In this document: positions 1 through 13,169 of the stretch, piece after piece
Position numbering within the stretch: the stretch's first letter is position 1
Layout of the letters: each line of letters starts with the position of its first letter
Assembly (NCBI GenBank): GCA_003971905.1
Contig: RSEE01000048.1
Coordinates: 310,001 to 374,000, forward strand
From: Moniliella sp. 'wahieum'
Lineage: Eukaryota
Direction: 5' to 3'
DNA length: 64,000 bases
Notes under the pieces: model-generated
What the model was told of the DNA's origin: nothing
What the model saw: only the letters and a program-made list of their open reading frames with translations
The model's database searches: none
Translations under genes and position numbers: made by a program

Positions 1-1437
1 CACGCGGGCCCGCCCCGGCTCCCCCACGCCGCGCGCGTCGAGCGCAGTGCGGACAAAGTGCCGAGCCGAGCAAAGCTTGCTTGCTGGCATCGAGAAAGAG
101 CATAGCCGGGAACACATGCGGACAGTCTTTGTACAGTTCAAACCGTCGTTTGACACCGTGTTGCTGGCATTTATGGGCCAAAAGAATAATCTCGTCCCGC
201 AACACCTCAGCGCGTCGCCGGCCTGGATCAGGAGGGGGGGAGGCCATGAAGATCGCCAAAGAGCGGACTGCGTAAGGATGGGTAAGGTACTTGTCCATGT
301 TTGTCACCCAAGTAGGCCCGAACGGGATCCAGATGATCTCCAGACTCAGGGCGCGGCAGGTAGTCAAACTCGGCATTGTCGTCCCATGAGCGGCACGACA
401 TGGTCAAGTCGACCCAGGGGGAGAAGAGAATGGCGCCTCCTGGCAAAGGATAACCGTTGTCGCGCAAATAGAGCATCAATGCCAGGGATAACCCTCCCCC
501 CGCCGAGTCGGAGCCCAAGACAATGTTCTGGGGTGGAATCTTGAGATCCCGGATCAACTAAAGTAGCCCACCACCACATCGTGCAGGCGCCAGGGAAAAC
601 GGTGCCAGGCGCCAGACGGTAATCGATGGCAAAGAGGCGGCAGTCGGTGTAGCGCGAGATCGGAATGGTAAAGGTGCGGTGGGTAGCAGGACTCATAACA
701 AAGTAGGCGCCACCATGGATGTAGTAGATGATGCGTTCGTCTTGGGGAGTAGGCTGCGCCGAGTTTGTTGCCCTTTGTTCTTTGCTTGGGATTGTCGCAG
801 GCGGTGTCGGCTTGCAAACGCTTCCAGGTGCGCGTGGTCACTACCCACTCGGCTTGCATACACGCGCTCGCCCGTTTCAGCCGCATCGGCCTCAGCCAAA
901 AAGCCCTTCAGCCCCAGTCTGCGCACCTTCAATGTTACAGGCGTAACTAGCCCGTCTTGAGCAATGGGTAGCAAAGCCCCAATGCTAAACATCTTTTGCA
1001 GCGTACCAATGGTGATCAGGTCAGACAGCTTGTTGCCTTCGCGAAGCATACGTGAAAACGGTCATCTCAATCCCCCAGCTCTCCTTGAGCGGTCCTTTGA
1101 TAATGTGCCGACCTACCGAAAGGCCAAGGGCCAGACCAGCCCGACCAACAGCCCACAGCATCTTCAACGTCCATGGGTTCCGCGGACGCGTAGGTACCGA
1201 TGGATCAACGCGGGCCGCCTTGGGGAGGTCAGGCTTGGCATACTGCTCCAAAATCCCGTTCAGCTCCCGAGCAGCATCCTCTGAGAGTCCGGGCGAGGTT
1301 GTGCCCCGACTCGAACGGTGAGGATGAGAGGTCCGAGTGGACTGGAGTTGCTCTTTTCCCTTATCCACGCGGGACGGACGCTGTGAAAATGGCACTCGGT
1401 TCCTCATCTCTTCGACGGGCGTACTGTTCCTTGTCAT
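1..1437 (-). CDS. Alpha/beta hydrolase of the hormone-sensitive-lipase (Abhydrolase_3) family; runs off the left edge; possibly the C-terminal half of a CaMK fusion
   Basis: Across frameshifted segments: YIHGGAYF oxyanion motif (~700-725), IDYRLAP, GSDSAGG nucleophile elbow (ORF 228..557), LFSPWVDLT, LIQAGDA..EVLRDE and a PHVF catalytic His near 110. Confidence 0.9.
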
Positions 1438-1956
1438 ATCTGGCTCCGACTCTGAAGCGATGGGGCAAGCGACTGTGCACCCTTGCTGGCGGTTGGGGGG
1501 CGGTCAGAGAGCGTGTGAGGCGCGGAATGCGAACCATCATGACAGTGAGATCATTGGGGCCGCGCTTGGCCGGGAAGGATGGGATGGATGAAAGATCTGA
1601 GCTGTTTCGGTGTCGCTTGTTATGCTGCTCGTTTGTGAGCACATCTGAATGGGGGGCCAACTCATGTTCAGTGCTCGCTTCGGGTGAGGGTGCAAAGAAG
1701 TCTTTCGCCCCCAGTTTACTGGAGCTTTCTGGCTCACCTGGAGCGGGGAAGACATGGGCCGATGGGGGCATATCATCACTGACTCTCTCAATTTTTTCTT
1801 GGCTTCCATCCGCATACCCAAGATCCCAATTCCCACCTGGGCAATCGAGCACTTGTGCATCATGATCTGCGACGCACTGCTTGGCCTCAGCAACGAATTC
1901 GTCTAGCTTGCGTTTCTCAGACTCATTCAGAGCGTCACCATGTTGATGCCGGCAGA

Positions 1957-3142
1957 TCAGGTCGGCCATCCCCTTGAGTTTTTCAATCCCAGCCGACGAA
2001 GCCAAGTTGGGGTGTTGGGAGCGTAGAGTGCACAAATCGCGCACATACGTGGCAATATCGCTTGCTGAAACACCTCTTTGGGGCTTTGGCGGGCTTTGGC
2101 GTGGCGCTCCTTACAGTCGTGCAGTAGACATCCGCGCTGGTCTATGCTCGATGTCAGGGACGGAAGGTCGCACAGCCAGGGATGGGCCAAGGCCTCGACA
2201 GCCGTCATGCGCTTGGAGCTGGCGCAGAGGCACTTGCGGATAAAGTCCTTGGCCGTCTCGCTAATGCCCGACCAGTACTCGGGTTCAAATCAAAATGCAT
2301 GGCGACAATTTGGCGGAAGAGGCCTGGCTGGTCGTCAGCATAAAAGGGGGTGTATCCGGCCAAAAGACAGTAGGTCACTACGCCGGCGGACCAAATGTCA
2401 ACCTCGGGCCCATATCCAGCACCGAGAAGAACCTCTGGCGCGACGTATGTGGGCTTCCACAGGCGGTAAGCAGTAGACCATCGCTTGGGATGAAGCGGGA
2501 AAGACCAAATCACTGATGACAATGTTGCTTGGGCCCTCGCGGGAGCGAAGAAGGATGTTCTCAGGTTTAATGTCGCGGTGGATGATACCATGCTGGTGTA
2601 GATAGGCAAGCGCTTCAAACAACTGACGCGCAATGTGGCGCGCGTCAAGTTCAGCATAGTGGACTTTCTCGACCAAGCGGTCAAAGAGCTCGCCGCCGCG
2701 GCAGTAATCCGTTACCAAAAACACGGTTTCGCTTGTCTCGTAAATGTCGTAGAGGCGGATGATGTTTGGGTGGAAGACACTCTGGAGGATGCGGATCTCG
2801 TCCAGGAGCATGCGCTGGCAAAGCAGAGAAAGTTAGGCGGTGCCGACCTGGGGTGGCTTGCGGAGGGGGGGGGCAGGGGGATGCGGAGAAGGAACGTGCA
2901 AGGGAGAAACACATACCTCGTTTTGTCGTTAGAGGGCGTTTGGCAATGACTTCATCGCGCGTTCCTCGCCGGTGGCACGCACGACCACGAGGCGGACAAC
3001 GGCAAGTGCCGCGGCCGAGGACGTCGTGCTGGACGTGGTACTTTTCGGTGAGGGCAAGGGGCTCGGCTGGGCTGCCGTCGGGGCCGGTGTCGTTGAACCA
3101 GGTGCGGAAGGCGGACGAGATGGGGGGGTCCGACTGCGTCAT
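1957..3142 (-). CDS. Ca2+/calmodulin-dependent protein kinase (CaMK1/CMK-like) catalytic domain
   Basis: LGRGT glycine loop, [78 protein letters not shown]. Intron 2815-2916 (GTATGT..CTAAC..CAG). Several indels. Confidence 0.93.
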
Positions 3143-3632
3143 GGCAGCGGCGGGATGGAGGCGGTGGGGGGAGCAGGCAGCGAATCGTCAGCTCACTGGG
3201 GCTGGGAGGCGGCGCGGCGTGTTTTCAGCAGGCCGGGCAGCCGAACTGGCGTCGCCCTGAGCCTGAGCGCAACCCACTCAGTACTCACCCCAACGCCCAC
3301 CGCCCACCGCCCGCACTGCCTCCGCGCCGCCTGTCCCGTCCCCACCGCCCCGCACCAGCCCCGTGTCTTCGCTGAAATATTCACTGCCCAGCCGCCCTGT
3401 CCCTTTCATCCATCAGCCTCTCACCCGTCACGCCCCGCCCCAGGGACCCGCTTTCACCCCAGGCTCTATCCCGCCCTCCTCCACGTTCAACACGAACACA
3501 GCAGCCACAGCTGCCCAACGTAACATCATTACGCACACTTCAAACACAGACGACGGCGATCCGTACGATTAGGAAGAGGAGGGAGGGTATGAATCAACAA
3601 AGTAGCACCGGCGTACGCGCCTCCGTCACTAG

Positions 3633-6600
3633 TCACTCCTTGCCCTTGCCGCCCTGGGTGTGGGTCACATGCGACGCGCCATGCCGCTCTTTCGTCCGGC
3701 GGTGCGAACGGGACGTTTCATAGTACATGTTGAAGTTGAGCCGTGTCGACAGATCACGCACAATCTACGCAGCAAAGGCACCGCCCAGTCAGTACGGCGT
3801 CGGACGCTACCGCCAACAGTCGAGGGGGAACAGAGACGTACCAAATTGGGGTGCTTATCGAGACCGTCGGAGAGTCTGCAAGCGCTCGCGGAAAAGGGTC
3901 GACTGCTCGGCCAAGCGGGTGCTGATACATCAATGATGGCCACATGTCTTGCTCCTTCCCCGGGTCCGCTGGGTGCGATCCAGGCGCAAACCAGGTGTAG
4001 GCTTGGCTGACAAGCTGAATGCAAAGCTGGGCAACGAGCGAATGACCTGCATCGCCGAGCGCACTCGGATGCAAGAAAATCAGGGTTGGCTCCACGCCGC
4101 GAGGAAGTACGAAGCAAGATCTTGGCCAGCAAGGCCTCGACGTACTTGCGATGCAATTCGATCAACTCGTCCAGGTCCACTTCGCCTCGCAACGAGCCCA
4201 TCAGATCTTCCCAGCTGTACGCGCAGCACTCGAGTTGCACGTAGCTCTGCAACTGCCCCACCATATGGTTCATCTCGTGCAGACGCAGCAAGGCCACCTC
4301 GGCTACCTTGCCGAGTGAGCTGGCGGGCGAGGTGCCCTGGGCCAAGCTTTTCAATACGCCTCGTGACGAATGAGTGCATGCCATGCATCCGACACGGCCA
4401 CTTCGGTCCGCTTGATCCTCCAAAGGTGGCCAAAAATAATTTGGTAGGCCTGCATAGCTGGGCCATCAAGCACCGTGTTCACCGGCGAGTCGACCTTGTA
4501 TTCAGCGTAAACACGTCCCACCCCACATCGCCCGGAGAGTAATCGAGGATCTTGGCATCCAAACGACGAGTAATGTCAGGACTGTCAAATTGTGCACTGG
4601 AACGACGGATGGCCGAATCAAGCGCAACAGTCACATTCTGCCTCTGTGGGTGGTTGGAGGCGCGGTCGAGGTAGTCGCTGAGCTGCTCACGCAGCAAATC
4701 GACAAAATCGCCCTTTCCAAGCATCAGATAATCGCGCATGGCTCGCAAATGTTGTACCAACTGCAACTTGTCGAGGAAAATGTCACCGAGGTGCTTGGAG
4801 ACAACTGCGTGTGCTTTGTCCACCGCTCCTTCCAAGCCCTGCAGGTCCGAGTAACTCAGCGAATGCTCCCGCTTGTTGAATGCCTGCGTAGAAATCCAAT
4901 CCGACGACCCGCAAGCATAGCGAACAAAGTTCAAGCTCTTGCCGTCGCAAAAATTTTGCGACCAAACTGGGCATCAATAAAGGTAGGCAACATGTCGGGC
5001 CGCATGCTGAACCGGTGTTGCCAAAAGGACGCGGCATCCGAGGTGGCCAAACCCTCGTCCACCACACCCAGTGTGGGGAAAAAACACGTTAGAACCGTAG
5101 TCGGTATTGATTTGAACAAAGAACTCTCCAAACGGATCATCCAATTCGCCTTCAAAGATCCATTTGGCCAATGTCTTGAACAGGTCTCGTCACACGATCC
5201 AGCAGTGCCTCGGTCAGGGATTGGATCAAAGGGTCACCGTTAACCGAGTAGGACTCGATAATACTCGCTAGTGCCCCGCCCTTGGCGTCTTTCCCGGCCT
5301 CGATGATGTGCTCAGTAACCTCATCGGAGCAATGTATCCTGGATCCAGATGGCAAGACGTTGTAGGGTGAGATGAGTGGAAGTCCTCCGGCCCCCACTGA
5401 TGTGGGCTCATTGCCATTCTCAGTGATGCGCATTTCTCAGCGTCCTTCAGCTGTGATTCAAGCGTAGCGACCAGGCGGTAGTTGCGCAACTCCTCATCAA
5501 CGAACGCGCACAATGCCTGCATTGCCAAGCCCGTATTGCTGTCTTGTAGCCGTTCCTCTACAAACCCCGAGATATGCTTGTAGAGTTTGCCAAGCTCGGC
5601 AACGCGGTGAATCAACTGTTGGTAGGCTGAGGGATACAATGCGTCCCGTCGTCAACAAACACCACCCGGTTACCTTCTCTGATGGGACAGATTCGGCTTC
5701 TTTAATGGACAGTGTTGAAAGTGGGACCACTTCTCAAGCTTGACATGTGTGCCGTTGATCCCGTTGAGCAGGAAAAGCACGTCCGTAATAGATCCTGCTC
5801 GGCCACAACGGGTCGACCAGCCTTTTCCCGCCACAATCTCACCCGTTCGGCAGGAGCGATGAGATGGCGCAGATGGCGCAGATGGCGAGATGGGGGCGCA
5901 ACGGGTTGTTGGCGCTGTTGGACGAGACGAGCGGAGGGAGACGGCGCGATCACGAGCCGTGTAAGGAAGGGAAGGGGATACCCGTCCAGGGGACAAGTGA
6001 GTAGACCCGGCGCCACTCCGCTGCCAGTTCCTCCAGGGAACCCAAGCGAGGGAGAGGGGACACAGGGTTTGGTGGCGGGCTGCGTGCTCGCTTGTTGGTG
6101 GTATGTATCCTTGGGATGTCCGAGTGGTCGAAGGGTGGCGCGAGGGACAAAGGGAGCAGAGCAGAGGTAGAGGCCGACCAGCCGAGCTCATTGAGCAGTT
6201 CCAAGAGATGACTCGTATCTATAACGTTTCTTGGGTTCTCCCTAAGCCTGAGGATCAGGTTGTTGAACCTCTTGATTCGCTCGGAGCCATCCGGGAAGCG
6301 GATAACTAAGAGGACATGAGTAAGTGGAGGCAAAGACGGGGCGAGGGAATGGAGCACGTACGCTTCTTCTTGATGGAGTCAAAGATGGCGATTTCATCAT
6401 TAAGACCAGTTGCATGAGACGGAGACGCGCGGTCGCTGGGGGAAGGGAGAAGGTTACTGGCTGAGCATAAACGAATCAGGGAGCCAAGACCTACCGGTGA
6501 TAGACAGTGGCCGCACTCGCTTCGAGCCGCTGGGCCACGTCCTTGCGAACGACGCGCTCCTCTGGCGTCTCTCCGCGCTGGCGGCGTGCTGCGGGTGCGA

Positions 6601-6641
6601 GGGAGACGACAAGGGTGTGTATGTCACTCGATGCTGCTCAT
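3633..6641 (-). CDS. SPC98: Gamma-tubulin complex component 3 (Spc98/GCP3)
   Basis: LLFLLNGING-like N-terminal GRIP region, IHRVAELGKLY, WIFEGELDDPFGEFFV, LNFVRYAC, HLRAMRDYLMLGKGDFV, DVGWDVFTL, EMNHMVGQLQSYVQLE and C-terminal RLNFNMYY. Introns near 6443-6494, 6307-6361 and 3765-3841. Frameshifted. Confidence 0.9.
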
Positions 6642-7002
6642 GGGAGAGAGGGGGAGGCGGAGGCAGTGGTGGTGGGGTGGGGGAGGCGAACGGCGCACAA
6701 CCCGGCCAGGACGCGTCGGCACGCGTGATGTTGTTCAACCGCCGCTCCCATCCCCTCCGGCGTGGGTGGTGGTGCTTAGCTCAGCACGGCGTACGTCAGC
6801 AGGTGGCTGGCCGGGTGGCTGCAGGGAGAAGAAGGACAGGCGGCGCGGGGCAAGGCTCGCGCAACACGCTGCCCCCGTGCGGCCCGCGCTGATGACCTAA
6901 TCGGGCCGGGTGTGATGGGGGGTGATGGGCCGCTCCTTCTTCTCGTCCGGCCGGGTGTCTTCGGGCGAGGCGAGAAGTTTGTTGCCCCCCCACGACGCCG
7001 CC

Positions 7003-8479
7003 ATGCCGCTTGTGCCCGCCCTGGCCCGCCTCTCGCTCGGCGGCGTGCCCGCGGCGCGTGCCTTCTCCACCACCGCTCTCGGCGCCGCGCCGCGTCCCCC
7101 CAGCTCCCGCCCCGGCGCGAGAAGCAGCTGCGGCCGCTGCGTGTGTACCCCGTCTTTGAGGAGTGGATCGAGTCGGCGGATGCGGAGCGCTACAAGTTCC
7201 CCCAGGGCCGCGGGCCCCACTGGCTCGGGCGCACCCCCTTCCCACTCAACCCGGCCTTCAACCCACCCCCGCCTCTTGGTCAACGCACCCGCTCGGAGAT
7301 GTGGGACAAGCACCGCAAGGACCCCGTCACCTACTCCATCCGCGGCCTCGCCTACATGTACAACCTCCCCCTCGACCGTGTCACTGCCATTCTGCGTCTC
7401 AAGGCTCTCGAGCAAGAGATGAAATTTGAGGTGCGTGTCCTTCTCCCCAGCTGCGCCGCCTACTGACGCCATGATCTGTGTTCTCTTTGGGCAGGGCCAT
7501 GCGCTTCAGACCGAATTTGAAAAGGGCATGGAATACTCGCTCGGGGCCGTGGACAAGAAGCCCCATTACCAGATTGAAAAGACACTCAACGCCAAGGCCA
7601 TTACCGGTCCAGAAGCCTACCATCGGAGGTCCTGGAGGAGTCGACGGACCCGCCGCGGATCAAGCCACCGCTGTACGAGAACCACCCCGACGATGGTTCT
7701 CTCGAGTCGGTCTTGGGCCCGGCCATGAAGCGTGCGACCAAGCATAGCCGGCAGCAGCGTGCTGATCTGCCTTCTTTCGGTCCCGACCTGCGACGGAATC
7801 CAACGAGCGTCTCTTCCGCTCGGCTCACCCCGACCGTTATGCCATCAACTTTAAGGACTTTGGCGGTGACTCGTATCTCATGGCCGGTGAGTCGGTGCGG
7901 GCGATGCGGCACCAGATTCACAACATGAACTTCCGCAAGGAGCGCATCCGCACCAAACAGCTGTACACGGCTGAACCTCAATACGACGAGGAGGGCAAAG
8001 AAATTATTCCTATCACGGCCGCCGACGGCATCCCTCGTGCCGGTGACCGTGGCTGGACAGTGTTGCAGCGCAAGTTTGAAGCGAGCAAAAAGGTGCGCAA
8101 GGCCAAGCTTGCCGTGCGCTACGAACGCAAGGGACGCCGCCTTACTATCGACCGGCGGCACCGCGCCAAGTGGGCTGCTTTGCGTCTTGCCGGTAGTCTC
8201 AACCGCCATTTCCGCTGGAGGTTTGGGAAGCATGTCACCAAGGAAGGATTCGACCTCACCAAGGTGCTCCCGGACCACCTCGACAAGATGCTCATCCTCA
8301 AGGCTCTCGATGGCGCCCCCGCGGTGCGCGAAGAGGCGATCAAGCAACTGGCTGGAGCCAAACCTCTGCTGGAGAAGGCGATCAAGGAGCACGAAGAGCG
8401 CCTGGCTTTGCGTGCAGCCAAAAAGGCCAAGGCACTGCCGCCACCCCGAAGGAACCAAAAGAGGCTGCCGTCTGCATAA
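7003..8479 (+). CDS. Mitochondrial small-subunit ribosomal protein mS45 (Mrps35/Bot1 family)
   Basis: Presequence-like N-terminus (MPLVPALARLSL..ARAFSTT); Bot1-type motif PFPLNPAFNPPPPL..RSEMW; YNLPLDRVTAILRLKALE; basic C-terminus. Intron ~7431-7494. Confidence 0.72.
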
Positions 8480-9423
8480 CCCACTGTTCTGTTCTTCGGT
8501 CTGCTGTGATCCGGACCAGTTGGGTCGACGGTGGGTCAATCATGTACAGGATATGAGCACTCACTGTTGTGGACGTCGATAATTTGTCTCGCTGCGGTCA
8601 TAGTGTTTCTTTCTAGATCCCCATTTCTCCTCTTGCCTCCACCCCTTGTCGTCATTGCGCTTAGCCTCAACCTGAGCATCAGGATGAATGTCTACGGGCA
8701 ACCTTTGGAAGGGCCGGCCTCATGACCTCGAGTCTGCGCTCAAGTGTTTCTGGTCGCGCTTCACCTACTTCTCACCTGCCTCACCTGGTAAGTTTCGTTC
8801 TCAACTGTAACCCCGATGCAAAGATCAACAGAACCGGACGTGTCCGCGTTGGTGGCCAAAGCCGCTGAGCTGGCTGACCCACATGCGGTACCATCTGTCG
8901 CTACTGTTGCAGCCCCTCCTGGGCCTACACTGCTGTGTTGTGGGTAAGGGGGTACTAACCCTCTAGCAGCATGCTCAAGCGTGCCATAGCCTGTTCGACC
9001 CCGGCCCACAACAATGACGCAGAGCTGTGTGCAGGACCTCCAGGAAGGTCTAACGCCCTTTTCCCATGTCCGATTCGTAGCAATAGAAGCCTGGCGCGTT
9101 GAGGCCGGCTGGCTAGATAGCACCTCAAATGCATGTATAGTATACCTCACCTCGCACACCTTCCCATAGCAAGATACAAGCAGTGCACAGCTACAGATGT
9201 TAGGGCAAGGAAGATGACGGCGCTAGTGCAGCAGGGAAACATGTGATGGGCAAGACGGCGGGCTGGGGAGGTCCAGGATCCTCAGAGAGAGGGGATGGGC
9301 GGGGGGGGACATAAGGATGGGGACGGATAAGGGCATAGGATATGAACTAGGATATGGACCAGGGCAGAAAGATGGGGTAGCCGGCAAAAGTACCGTTACG
9401 CGGGCGTGCAAGCAGGCCGGGCG

Positions 9424-12400
9424 TTAGGAGATGTGAATCCCGTTGTCGTACGCTGCCGCGGCTGCTTGCCGGTGCCCACGAGTGGAGCGGTCAATGTGAT
9501 CGAGACCAAGCACAAAGCCCTTGGCCACCAAGTCGTACAGCACCGCCTCCTCGTCCAGATACTTCACCTCCCATACGACCCATACGTCAACGGCCGCAGC
9601 AGGGCAAACTTGATTTTGGCAAACTCCTTCTCCGACAAGGCCATCCGGGCACGCAGCAGCTTGGTCGCCCGCAGTGGCTCGCGCGCATGAACTACGAAGC
9701 GGAACGGCACCCCATTCGCCCGATGCGGATCTTTGGTAAAGTGCGCCACCTCGATCAGCCGTTGGGCACTAAGGTCCGCCACCGCGGTCGCATCGTGCTG
9801 CCGGGCTTGGTGCGCATAGATCAGCTCCAGCTCCTCACACCGGGTACCTCTTCAGCAAACAGTTCGGCATGCTCGGCGATCTCGCTGATGTACTTGTTGG
9901 GCGGGAGGATGAGTTGAGACCGGCCGTTGGGGGAGATCTCAAATAGCCGCACCCGCATTGCAGGGGGACGTGAGTAGGCCAGTGAAGTGGGCGCGACCGA
10001 TTCCAGCGCCGGCTGCAGCGTCCCATCGGGCCCCGGTTTGAGTACCGGGTCCGACGCATGCTCGCTCAACTTCTCTGCCTGCGCCAACTCCTCTTGGACC
10101 GTGCTGAGCGGAGCAGTGCGGTTCAGCAAATAGGTCCTCTCACTCTCCTCCTTGTTGTGGATGCCCATCCAGTAGATTCGCAAGTTCCGCGTCGCCTCCA
10201 ACTCGACCAGCGGCACGTCCAGCAACTCGTAAACAGCACAACCGGGGGCTCCGTCATATGGGCATTCATCGCATCGTATAGGGCCACGGTGGTGGTGCTC
10301 TTGATGGTGATGAGTGCTGGTTGAACAAGTACGACAGACGCAATTTAGCCGCGTCCCACCCCAGTTGCGTCCCAATCTGGCGCGCCAACGCGTCAAAAGA
10401 GAGGTTGCGGTGCAAAGAGAGTTTCAACTCGGCCGTGCTTGTCTGCCCAGGCGCCGGTTTGACACCAAGTCGACCTTGTTGACCAAAAGTCGTAGAATTC
10501 CGGAGGGGTGGCATAATGGCCATCAGCATGGGCCTGCTCCACCTCCGAGGCGGAAAGCTCTTCTTGGAAGCAATAATGTCCCCTGACTGAATCTCTGCTT
10601 TGAAGAAGCTGTTGGTTGGCTTCATGCATCGATCATCGTTGGCTTGATCTCCTCGTACAGCCGAAGTGGAGCAGTGAGTGGCCGCTGGATCATCTCGTTG
10701 ATGATCGGCACCAAGGAGCCTACAGGATTGTTCTGCTTGACATACCCGCGAAAACCCGAGGAGCGATTGATCCTGAACATTGAAGCGTTTAAGGAACACC
10801 ATGGTCCAGCTCGGGTCTTGCTGCAGCACCTCGGCCGGGAGGGCCGAGATATCAAACTCAATAAACAGCGCAGCTCTTGGGACCGACTAGCATACTGTTC
10901 CCGCACCTTGTCGATGTCAGATCCGACTTGTCGGCACGATCCCATCAGGGCGAACTGTTTGGTTTTGCCGGTTCACCAGTACCCATACACGGAAATCAGA
11001 CGCGTTCGTTGAAGTGCTGGGCAATCTGCTCTTCACCGCTGGGAACAGGTCGGTCTTGCGCACTTTGAGGCTCGGCACGTCCACCAGCGATGGGTGCGGC
11101 GGTTGTTGAGTGCCAGATCAAAGCCTTGGTACTGGCGGAAGCTGTCCTCTGTGATCAAACGAACGGTGAGGTAAAGGTGTTGTTCGTGTTCTTCCCGTGC
11201 CTTCGCCTCCGCATCAAGTCGCTCTTGCTGGATGCGCTTGGCCAAATGAGCAGGCGTATCTTGCGGGCCAAAAGGATCCAACACAGTAGAAACCTCGACA
11301 TTCCGAATATACACCAACATGTACGCATTGGTAAAGCGAGGCATCTGCCTTCGGCCCGGTGGCGGAGGTTGCCCACGAATGTACTCTTCGCCACCAAAGT
11401 TCTCCTCCAGCACTCACGCACTGGCAGGGGTTGCGACGCGTCGTCGTCAAAGCGATACCAACCGCCATCCCTATTAGGCTTGATCAGCGTAAAGTAATGC
11501 CACCAGACTGGTCGCCCGAGTGAACGAGAACGCCATGAAGGGAGTAGTTCCAGTCTTGCCCATACCCTCGCTATCCTTGTCAATAAACTCGCCCAGGTCA
11601 ATCTCAAGAGGAAACTCGTGGCGATCATTGATCTTGACCATGGCGTCGCGTTCCATGTCGTATTCGTATCGCTTCAGCTGCAGGTGCAAGACGGGGGGGA
11701 ATGATTCAAAATGTCACCCCTGGTAGCGTCTTGCAGGCCATATCCCTCTGCTTGGTACTGGTTGTCTCCTTCCAGTCGCTCCACTTGGACATAGTCGCGA
11801 AACGAGTCCAGTAAGGTGGACATACCCTTCACATTAAGTTGAATGTCGTAAAATTCTTCCACGCGGCTAGACTCATAGTCGACATTGATGCACTTGATGT
11901 AACTTTTGGTTTTGCCCACTAGTATCTTCTTGATCATCCCATCGACCTGGGTACCCTTCATCGACGTCTCCAATTTGTCCTGTAACACTCGATTGAACTC
12001 CTGCACGTCGTGTTGGAGGAACGAATCAAGCGATTTCCAGCCAAAAGAGCGGGTAAGTTCGGTGGTACCCACTGGCTGGTCCGAAGACTGAAGATTGTAA
12101 AACACGCGCTGCAAGGCCAGCGCGACACTGTTCGACGGCGTCTCCTCCTCGGTCGGAATCCCGTATACGGCACGGCGGAACATATTGGTGCAGTAAAGCG
12201 ACTGCAGTAGAGAGTTCATGTAGCAGGTTGCCCCCTGGTTTTTCAGCCCGACAAAGCCGGTCGCCTTCTTCGAGTCGTAGTTTTGGAAATTGTGCCACAG
12301 CACCCCAGTCTCATCCTTAATCGCGCGCACATACGCCGTGACGCGGACAGCTTGGCGCTCAATAATCGGACGCGTCTTGCCCGGCAGCGGGTGCGAGAGG

Positions 12401-13169
12401 GTGCGGAGCTCGGCAAAGCGGGTAAAGCCCCAGTCCGTCTCGCTGGCAATGAACCGGTGGTAAGCTTGGCTACTGATCACCTCGCTCGGGTCGTTGGGGT
12501 TGGATAAGCCAGGACAAACTGGCACAGACGTGGTCATCATAGCTCTTGGTGCCCTTGGCCACCAGCATGCCCGGTGGCGGGCTGGCGGAGGAAGTCTGAG
12601 CCGGGTCGGCACGGCACCGGCACTTTCCTTGGTAGGCGAAGACGAATTGGTATCGGCCGAGGTGGCCGATCCGTTGGGCAAGGCAGATCCGAGGCAGGAG
12701 CCGTACCGTTCGGCGGCGGAAACGGGGTCGAGAAGTCGGCGCAGTCGAGATAGGTAGACACCATCTCGGCGTGCGGGGAAAAACTATTACCCGCGGAAAA
12801 AGCAGGATGCGCCATCGATAGCCAGCACATTCAAACTCTGGGCTAACCTCGCGGTTCTGGAGGGCACTCCAGTTTGACACATCCCAATGGAAGACAGCGA
12901 AGTCTTCTTCGTCCAAACCGGTGTCGGGGAGGTAGCGGCTTGTAAATGTTGGTGCTATCCAGAGAGAGACGCCAGGGGAAGTCAGTCCAGTTGGCAGGGC
13001 AAGATCAAAGCAGACACATACTGTCAAGCACCGAAACAGAGGGTTCGGGAGGGGGCGTGGGGACGCCCGGATCGGGATGGGGAGCAGAGTGGTACTGGAT
13101 GGAGCAGCAGCAGAAGGCGGGCGCGTTAGCAGCAGGACAAGGGGGAAGGGCGAGCGGGCGACGCACCAT
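9424..13169 (-). CDS. UBP15: Ubiquitin carboxyl-terminal hydrolase USP7/Ubp15 (MATH + USP + UBL domains)
   Basis: MATH (FHWDVSNW, SPEFECAGYRWRILLFP, HRFIASETDWGFTRF); Cys box GFVGLKNQGATCYMNSLLQSLY; QHDVQEFNRVL; LHLQLKRYEYD..KINDRHEFP; FTNAYMLVYIR; C-terminal HGVPF-like and LGLDHID motifs. First exon is ATG only. Frameshifted. Confidence 0.95.
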
